Positions 15,923 through 21,508 of a stretch of 21,508 nucleotides of DNA are shown here, piece after piece (positions within the stretch are counted from its first letter, which is position 1; the number at the start of each line of letters is the position of its first letter). The stretch comes from Pseudomonadota bacterium. Lineage in GTDB: Bacteria > Bdellovibrionota > FAC87 > UBA2466. A model generated the notes under the pieces. It ran no database searches, had not been told where the DNA came from, and was given only the letters and a program-made list of their open reading frames with translations. The position numbers and the translations under genes are program-made. The stretch spans positions 1 through 21,508 of the forward strand of contig JAYUGC010000177.1 in the NCBI GenBank assembly GCA_043767805.1. Reading direction: 5' to 3'.

Positions 15923-16359
15923 AGTTCGTGGGGAGCGCGTTGGCCCGAGTATTAGTGAGTCGGCACGTCGGTCGCGGGGGCTTTCGAGTGGGAAGGCTCG
16001 ACGGTCCCCGGCTTATCCTTTTCGCATTCGGGACCGAAAATCGTGTAGGTACCGGTCATTACCGCGCTGGCTGCGGCACGAGCTGCCTTCGAAGTGGCGC
16101 ACGCGTTTTCCGTATGCGTAGAAGGAGGAACGGAATTTTTTGAGGATCGCCTTTTGGGCGACGGTCTCGCATTTGAGGGGCGAGGCGAAAGAAACAGTAG
16201 AAATCGCCAAAAGAATCACGAGAGACAGAACGCCGCATCGGTAAAACCCACCCGAGCCAGAGTAGACCGAATTGTGAAGCTCAAGTAGCCAGGATATCTG
16301 CCGCCCGCCTCGTCGCTCAACGCCTCGAGGCGCGTCTTTCCCATCGGTATCTCCTCTCG

Positions 16360-17718
16360 CTATTTCGACTTGCGGCGGGGAGTATCGCCGAGTTTTCGAC
16401 TCGCTCTGGCGCAGAGATCGGTGGCGGCCTCGGGCCAGCTGGCTCGGATGGTATAGGTTTTCCCGAACGTTCGTGCGTAGGACTTCTCTTCTCCGCCGTA
16501 TCTTTTGCTTTCGAGTGAAACCTCGCCCGGCAAAATAAATCCCGCGCGAGCCACGGAATCTTCGAATTGGGAGTAGTAGTGCTCGGCCCAGCCGTCGTAT
16601 TCCTTGGGGGAAAGCCAGGACGGAGCATTGAGGGTGGGATTGTGACCGAGGGGCCAAATTTCGTGGGTTACCAGGCGGCCCTCCGTCACCCAGGGATAGG
16701 GGAACTCCTTGCGAAGGTCTTTGGCTGATTTCCCCCAAAGAGGCACGGCATGGGAGTTTATCACCGTAAATTCTTGCAGGTCCCGAATGGCGATGCGCCC
16801 GGTGGGGACCAGCTTCTTGCCCTCTCTTCTCATCTCGATCAAGTAGTTCTGACCATGAGGAGAAAGCGAGGTCAGTCCATAGCGAGCGAAAAGATCCGCA
16901 TTGGCTCGGGCCAGGGGCTCAATGAAATGCTTTTTCCAATATTCCGCCGGGTTGTTGCTTCCGTTGCTTTTGGCGATGGCTTTCCCCAGCTTATTGTCGA
17001 AAGCGGAGAAAGCGGGAAGGTATTCGAATTCCTTCGAGAGAAGAGGGTCTAGTGAACGAATCGCTAAGCCCTGGGACATCCAGGGCCGTTGGGTGAAGGC
17101 CTCGTTCAGCCCGAAGGCCCCTACCTCGGGGAAGAGAACCAGGTGGGGAGAAGGGTTCTGTACCAGCTGCTGTTGCAAGAAATCAGAAATTCTCCTGGCC
17201 ACCCTCGCCTCGTCGATTTGCAGACTCTTTTTTTCCCGCTTCCCAAGCAAGTGGTTCGTAGCCACCTTGGCTGAAAAGAGGGCCTCCGAATTGGGATCGC
17301 GAACAATGAGACTGCGGGACGCGGTGTACCACCCTTCAAAGTATTTTTTGGGCCGGAGCGAGATCTTTTGTTCCTTGGCATACAACGCGATTAGTTCAGG
17401 AAGGCGGGTGTCCTCCGGATGGACGATCCAGCGGAAGTATTTCTTGCCGGCCTTTTCGAAAATCAGGGATTGGAGAACTTCCGGTGGCATGGAGGCGGAG
17501 ACGTCTTGATAGATGAACTCCAAAGGGATCTCGTAGTGGGTGAGCGCCACCGCGGGCTCCTCGCGGCCGCGGCCGTTATTGGCCTGATTCTCCCATTCCA
17601 CCAACGTTCGCACTGCGGCGGGCTCGGACCAGCAGGAAGAGGCAAGAAAGACCGCAAGGAGGAGAAGCCCCTTGAGCGCCAGTGAAATCAGCTTGAACTG
17701 GCGTTGAGTGGCATTCAT
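16360..17718 (-). CDS. Exported protein with IucA/IucC (NIS synthetase)-like motifs
   Basis: IVHP, TASRSL, SAKVATN, HGQNYLIE and IRDL follow the order seen in IucA/IucC-like folds. Hydrophobic signal-like N-terminus from ATG 17718. Confidence 0.55.
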   Translation of the reverse strand: MNATQRQFKLISLALKGLLLLAVFLASSCWSEPAAVRTLVEWENQANNGRGREEPAVALTHYEIPLEFIYQDVSASMPPEVLQSLIFEKAGKKYFRWIVHPEDTRLPELIALYAKEQKISLRPKKYFEGWYTASRSLIVRDPNSEALFSAKVATNHLLGKREKKSLQIDEARVARRISDFLQQQLVQNPSPHLVLFPEVGAFGLNEAFTQRPWMSQGLAIRSLDPLLSKEFEYLPAFSAFDNKLGKAIAKSNGSNNPAEYWKKHFIEPLARANADLFARYGLTSLSPHGQNYLIEMRREGKKLVPTGRIAIRDLQEFTVINSHAVPLWGKSAKDLRKEFPYPWVTEGRLVTHEIWPLGHNPTLNAPSWLSPKEYDGWAEHYYSQFEDSVARAGFILPGEVSLESKRYGGEEKSYARTFGKTYTIRASWPEAATDLCARASRKLGDTPRRKSK

Positions 17719-17886
17719 GGATGCAATACGGAGGTATAGGAATGATAAATTATCAGCAATCAACCCACCAGAGCCGCTTATGGCGCAGTGGCCCACCTGC
17801 GGACTTCACTCCACGAAAAATTCAGTTCAGGCGTACAACTACGAGGGTCGTGCCAACAGTACCGCCGGAGGTGCTAAACTATCCGA

Positions 17887-18873
17887 GTGTGTAGTGTAAA
17901 ACGATTACTTCTCATCGTCTTGGCAGCTTCCGGGTGGGTCTTGCCGGCCGCCGCGGAACCCCGCCCTGACTCTCCCCTAAAAGAGAGCGTTCCCTATCAG
18001 GTTAGTATCGGATGGCGCGAATTATCAGGACCGGCCACGCTCACTTTGCGAGACGGCGTCTACCACCTAAAAGCAAAAGTCGGATTCATCGGAGCGGGCC
18101 TGTTCGCCAGAACCACACCAAAGCTCGTGCAGAAAGCGGCTCATCTCAGCGAGCCACCCCCCAAAGAAAGATTCGTAAAAGGGGAAACGTCCTTCGAGAA
18201 CGTGCCGGCCGTGCGTCAGCGACTCACGGAGCTCACCACCGAAATTGGCACGTACTACGAGACTCCATTTTTCAAGCTGGAGCTGGAGCCGGTTTTTCTA
18301 GATGAAAAAAAGTTACTCTCCGATGAAGACCGCTTGGAGAAAAACTATGGAATTTATCAGTCACGGCTCTTCGATGCCATGGCTCGATACGTGACTACAA
18401 GCCCGGAGGCGGTACCCATTCTCGTGCCGGCCATTCCCAACCAACAGATAATTACGCCGACGATTTGGGACCTGGACGCGCCCACCGTGCTGCTGGCCCA
18501 TGAGGTCGGTCATCTTCTTGGGACTCACACCGAAGGCTACGAGCTGGAAGATTACCCGGCCAACGGGCTTATGAATGACGAGTTGGTTTTCAGGGAGTTG
18601 GCCAAGGAGGGACTCAAGCCGGTCTTCTTGCGGTCGGACTTTAATGAAATCATGCGGGCGCTGCTAGAAAGAGCAAAGCCAAAAATCGCGAAGGGAAAAA
18701 TCATGAAGGCTTTTTCTCCCACCAGCGAAATTTACGCGAACGACTCTGCGGAAAACTACTGGCAACTTACTCAAGAAGGGCGCCTCGAGTGGGCGAGGGA
18801 AAAAGTGAGGCGGTTTAAGCTCTCCAGCGATTGCGGCCCGAGCTGGCAAAAGGTCGGCTCCGAAAAGGGATAA
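17887..18873 (+). CDS. Secreted zinc metallopeptidase (HExxH, metzincin-like)
   Basis: Signal peptide, LAHEVGHLLGTH (HExxHxxGxH) and a downstream LM Met-turn (NGLMN). Extended -10 TGcTAAACT lies 6 nt before the GTG. Confidence 0.7.
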   Translation: MCSVKRLLLIVLAASGWVLPAAAEPRPDSPLKESVPYQVSIGWRELSGPATLTLRDGVYHLKAKVGFIGAGLFARTTPKLVQKAAHLSEPPPKERFVKGETSFENVPAVRQRLTELTTEIGTYYETPFFKLELEPVFLDEKKLLSDEDRLEKNYGIYQSRLFDAMARYVTTSPEAVPILVPAIPNQQIITPTIWDLDAPTVLLAHEVGHLLGTHTEGYELEDYPANGLMNDELVFRELAKEGLKPVFLRSDFNEIMRALLERAKPKIAKGKIMKAFSPTSEIYANDSAENYWQLTQEGRLEWAREKVRRFKLSSDCGPSWQKVGSEKG

Positions 18874-18891
18874 CGCTCGCCCACGGGCATT

Positions 18892-18978
18892 CAGCTCACC
18901 CGTAGAAAACGCCGCTACCCCTGGCCCACGGTTATCGGCATCGACGAGCAAAGCTTCCGACGTAATAAACAGTTCGGG
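18892..18978 (+). mobile_element. ISL3-family transposase remnant
   Basis: Intergenic frame reads QLTRRKRRYPWPTVIGIDEQSFRRNKQFG. The VIGIDE-x-S-F-RR motif matches the first catalytic Asp region of ISL3 transposases. No start codon and no remainder of the gene. Confidence 0.6.
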
Positions 18979-18990
18979 CCTGCACGGCTT

Positions 18991-19299
18991 CTACCGCATC
19001 AAGGGCAGAGGCAAGCCTTCGGATATGGCCACTTTTTTCTTCAGCCGCTCAATTTCCCGTTCCATTTTCTCCAAGCGCGTCTCCATCGCTTCTTCTCCCT
19101 TAAGGGCCTCTTTCAGAATCTGATTGAGGAGCCTTTGGTAGGGCACGCCGGTCTTATCCGAACGGGTCCTAAGGCGGTTCAGACTTTCCTGATCGATATT
19201 GATCGTGATCTTCACCTTGCTGCTCTTCGCTGCCGACTTACGCATAAGACGGGTTCCATTCGTATCGATAGTAAGACTATTTAACTTGGGCTGTCTCAT
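18991..19299 (-). CDS. brnA: BrnA/CopG-like ribbon-helix-helix antitoxin
   Basis: KVKITINIDQESL...GVPYQRLLNQIL motif, AGGAGA RBS before ATG 19299, overlaps the end of a brnT-like toxin. Confidence 0.75.
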   Translation of the reverse strand: MRQPKLNSLTIDTNGTRLMRKSAAKSSKVKITINIDQESLNRLRTRSDKTGVPYQRLLNQILKEALKGEEAMETRLEKMEREIERLKKKVAISEGLPLPLMR

Positions 19300-19554
19300 A
19301 GAGTCTCCTGAACTTTCTCCAATTTCCGCTTCCAATGATCCTGATTTTTGAACTCCGGCGGGTGAAGCAGGTCGTCAATACTTTCCCCGACATCGTCTTT
19401 CCGACCCAGTAGAGCCGAGGTTCCTGATTGGAATGTTTCTCATCGCTCAACAGCACGCTCCTGGGATCAGAAAAGTCTCCGTAGCCTCCAGGAACGTGAC
19501 CCCATGCTGCCTGATGTTCTTAGATTCCTTGGTGAGGTCCCATTCGAAGTCCAC
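19277..19554 (-). pseudogene. brnT: BrnT-family ribonuclease toxin, frameshifted
   Basis: GTG 19554 gives MDFEWDLTKESKNIRQHGVTFLEATETF. Adding one base at the A4 run (19471-19474) continues as xDPRSVLLSDEKHSNQEPRLYWVGKTMSGKVLTTCFTRRSSKIRIIGSGNWRKFRRLYETAQVK*. Span is 278 bp, one short of 93 codons. Confidence 0.8.
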
Positions 19555-19563
19555 CGGTTAGAC

Positions 19564-19583
19564 TAACCATACTTGTATGGTTA
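19564..19583. promoter_or_regulatory. Palindromic operator upstream of brnTA
   Basis: TAACCATAC-TT-GTATGGTTA, a perfect 9-2-9 inverted repeat about 10 bp upstream of the toxin start. Confidence 0.65.
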
Positions 19584-19897
19584 ATGCCATATTTCTTTAT
19601 TCGAACCATCAACCATTGCCGGGAGTGCCCGGCCCAGTGGACTAGTGGGTTTAGGCTTGCCAAGATTTGCGGGGCATCTGTGGGAGTGGGACTCGAGGGC
19701 GGAGCGGGTGAGCGAACAGGTTTCATACAGCGACCAAACTTGAAGCAGCCGGAAATTGCCGAATGAGGTTCAGACCTTGCTTCGTATCCTTTCGGTGTTC
19801 GGTCCTAATAATTGCCTGAAAGAGGGAGCCCTTCGCCGATAAACAGATGTGGTCCTCGCTTTGCAGCTTAGGGAAACTGCAACCAGGAGATCACACC

Positions 19898-20296
19898 ATG
19901 TTTAACGACGGCAACTCACTCTTCCTTCTAAAACGGCTGACCTTCATCGTTACCGTACTATCTCTTTTTTTCGGTTCGCAGAGGGCGCTCGCCTGGGGCT
20001 CACAGGATATGGCTTGCTGGGTCCCTAGCAGCTGTGACGACACGATAAGCGGAAACCGGGCGACCGAGACGATGGGATGCACCAGCAATTGCCTCGAGTA
20101 CCATGCGAAGGAGTCCCCGGGATGCTCCAATCCGGAGCCCGCGTGCTCCGCAGCCTGCCGACTGCTCTGCGAAGAAAACGGAAGTACCTTGGGTTTCAAC
20201 TTTGAAACTCTGACGGGAGCTCCGCCTCCCACCAATCCTGGTGCTCCTCTCGATCCGGGCATGATTAGAAATGGTGAACTGCTTCGCGGACTGTAA
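19898..20296 (+). CDS. Small secreted cysteine-rich hypothetical protein
   Basis: AGGAGA RBS before ATG 19898, hydrophobic signal ending ALA, 8 Cys in the mature part, Pro-rich tail, followed by a terminator. Confidence 0.65.
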   Translation: MFNDGNSLFLLKRLTFIVTVLSLFFGSQRALAWGSQDMACWVPSSCDDTISGNRATETMGCTSNCLEYHAKESPGCSNPEPACSAACRLLCEENGSTLGFNFETLTGAPPPTNPGAPLDPGMIRNGELLRGL

Positions 20297-20332
20297 ACCG
20301 ATTTTCAAGCGATTCTCAATTTTCGATTTTCT

Positions 20333-20356
20333 AAAATTTCGCGGCAGCGAAATTTT
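20333..20356. terminator. Bidirectional intrinsic terminator hairpin
   Basis: AAAATTTCGC-GGCA-GCGAAATTTT, a perfect 10-bp stem with A/T tracts, between the convergent secreted gene and the tRNA 3' end. Confidence 0.75.
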
Positions 20357-20401
20357 TGGGGTAGGTGACGGGATTTGAACCCGCGACACTCAGAGTCACA
20401 G
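20357..20401 (-). mobile_element. att site: 3' half of tRNA-His(GUG), from the anticodon loop to CCA
   Basis: Minus strand CTGTGAC TCTGA GTGTC GCGGG-TTCAAAT-CCCGT CACCTAC C CCA gives a GTG anticodon loop, T-arm, C73 discriminator and encoded CCA. The 5' anticodon-stem strand and D-arm are absent. Confidence 0.85.
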
Positions 20402-20568
20402 ACAGTTCAGGCAACTCTTCGGAAGTTCGGCAAGATCGCGAAAGCCCTAACAAAATAAAAGTAAAACAGTTGGTTGGCTCGGGCGGCACGCTGGGTTGTT
20501 TGGGTTTTCCTTCGATAGTTTTTGAAAGTTGTGTTCCCAAAATGTTTCCACGAGAATAGAAGTAACTT

Positions 20569-20760
20569 ATGGGAGAAGAGTCAGCGGCCGGGATGGCTAC
20601 CACCGAGACCAAAGGCATCGACCTGTCCCTCGTGGAGCATCACCTTCGTTTATCGTACGAGGAACGGATCGAAGCCCACGAGTCCGCCCGTCAGCTAGTC
20701 GACGACCTTCAGGAAGCCGGGCGCCAGTATCGTGCAAACCAATCTCAAACAGCTGCTTGA
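20569..20760 (+). CDS. Small partner (putative antitoxin) of the downstream nucleotidyltransferase
   Basis: 63 aa. GIDLSLVEHHLRLSYEERI resembles small proteins found upstream of minimal nucleotidyltransferases. Overlaps the next gene. Confidence 0.6.
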   Translation: MGEESAAGMATTETKGIDLSLVEHHLRLSYEERIEAHESARQLVDDLQEAGRQYRANQSQTAA

Positions 20761-21220
20761 AAGACTGCTCCAGCACAATATCGACTTCGTATTAGCCGGG
20801 GGATTTGCCTGCGTCGTTCACGGCTCACCGCTCGTCACCCAGGACATCGACATTTGCCTTGCCATCAACGAGGAGCAGATTGGGAAGCTACGGTTGGCTC
20901 TTAAGGGCCTCAACCCTCGCCATCGCATGAACCCCAGCTTCAAGCCTTCGTTCCTGGAGTACCCTCCGACTCTGGAAGGGGTTAATAACATCTATCTGGA
21001 AACGGACTTGGGGGTTCTCGATATTCTGTCGGAACTGCGCCCCGTCGGTGGTTTTGAAACAGTCAAAGGAAACTCCATCCCCATCTCGCTCTACGGACAG
21101 ACTTGTCGGGTCGTTTCAATCGAAGACCTCATCCGCATCAAGGAAACGATGACGCGTGCAAAGGATAAGGAAACTCTCCTTTATCTGAAGCAGCTTCTCG
21201 ATAAGCAGAAAAAGCGATGA
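20732..21220 (+). CDS. Pol-beta-superfamily nucleotidyltransferase (DUF6036-like)
   Basis: FVLAGGFACVVHG...TQDIDIC (GG...DxD), LDIL and SIEDLIRIK...RAKDK motifs. Confidence 0.8.
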   Translation: MQTNLKQLLERLLQHNIDFVLAGGFACVVHGSPLVTQDIDICLAINEEQIGKLRLALKGLNPRHRMNPSFKPSFLEYPPTLEGVNNIYLETDLGVLDILSELRPVGGFETVKGNSIPISLYGQTCRVVSIEDLIRIKETMTRAKDKETLLYLKQLLDKQKKR

Positions 21221-21319
21221 ATCGACGCCGGCGGAGGGCTACGCAGTTACGTTTCTCGAAGATGAGGCTTGCGGTGAGCCTGCCCGACGATAAAGGAGAT
21301 TAAAACGCTGCGCAAAACC

Positions 21320-21415
21320 CTCGTCGTCAAACGAACTTGAGTGGAAGATAAAGAGGCCTCCCTCTTTGGCAACGGCCACTGGGAATACTACGGCATCGTC
21401 ACTGCTTTACCGTAA
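21320..21415 (+). pseudogene. Possible IS1380-like transposase fragment
   Basis: Reads LVVKRT*VEDKEASLFGNGHWEYYGIVT with an internal TGA at 21338. Resembles the 'SLF...W.Y..IVT' segment of IS1380-type transposases. Confidence 0.3.
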
Positions 21416-21508
21416 ATCGTCGACCTGCCCCGCATGCCGTTAATGAGTGGTGAGGGATGCCGGGGTGTAGGGGGCTTTGCCTTGGTGGATATCTTCGGTG
21501 AGCTGTTT

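Noticed and set aside
16013..16738. 241-aa minus-strand ORF as a real gene
   Set aside because: Its first half overlaps the IucA-like CDS out of frame and is low-complexity Arg/Gly-rich. Only the last ~70 codons look protein-like.
19760..19897. Riboswitch upstream of the Cys-rich gene
   Set aside because: Only a short TTGCAG...CTGCAA hairpin next to the RBS, and no recognisable aptamer consensus.
20357..20432. Complete tRNA-His gene
   Set aside because: Sequence beyond 20401 cannot form the 5' anticodon-stem strand, D-arm or 5' acceptor strand, so only the 3' half is present.

Overview
Bacterial window of moderately high GC. The gene content is suggestive of a deltaproteobacterial/Bdellovibrionota-like genome, but that is inference. 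Left third (1-9442): a dense lipid-metabolism neighbourhood containing an LCAT-like hydrolase (partial), a StyC-like membrane protein coupled to a ferritin-like di-iron enzyme, a chalcone-isomerase-fold protein, a fatty-acyl reductase coupled to an alkyl-DHAP synthase (AGPS) homologue, and a convergent operon of a Thr-type sulfatase/LtaS-like membrane protein, a PlsC-type acyltransferase and an SDR. Together these resemble a complete eukaryote-style alkyl-ether-lipid pathway. Middle: an AT-richer orphan secreted gene bracketed by a 56-bp direct repeat, a MAPEG protein, a deiodinase-like thioredoxin-fold protein, and a single 1321-aa topoisomerase III-RecQ helicase fusion. Right: a secreted IucA/IucC-like protein, an HExxH metalloprotease, an ISL3 scar, brnA with a frameshifted brnT, a Cys-rich secreted protein, a terminator, and the 3' half of tRNA-His (att site). 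The att site marks the edge of an integrated element whose first genes are a small protein plus nucleotidyltransferase pair. Several genes appear to be transcribed as leaderless mRNAs. All family calls come from motif recognition, not database searches.
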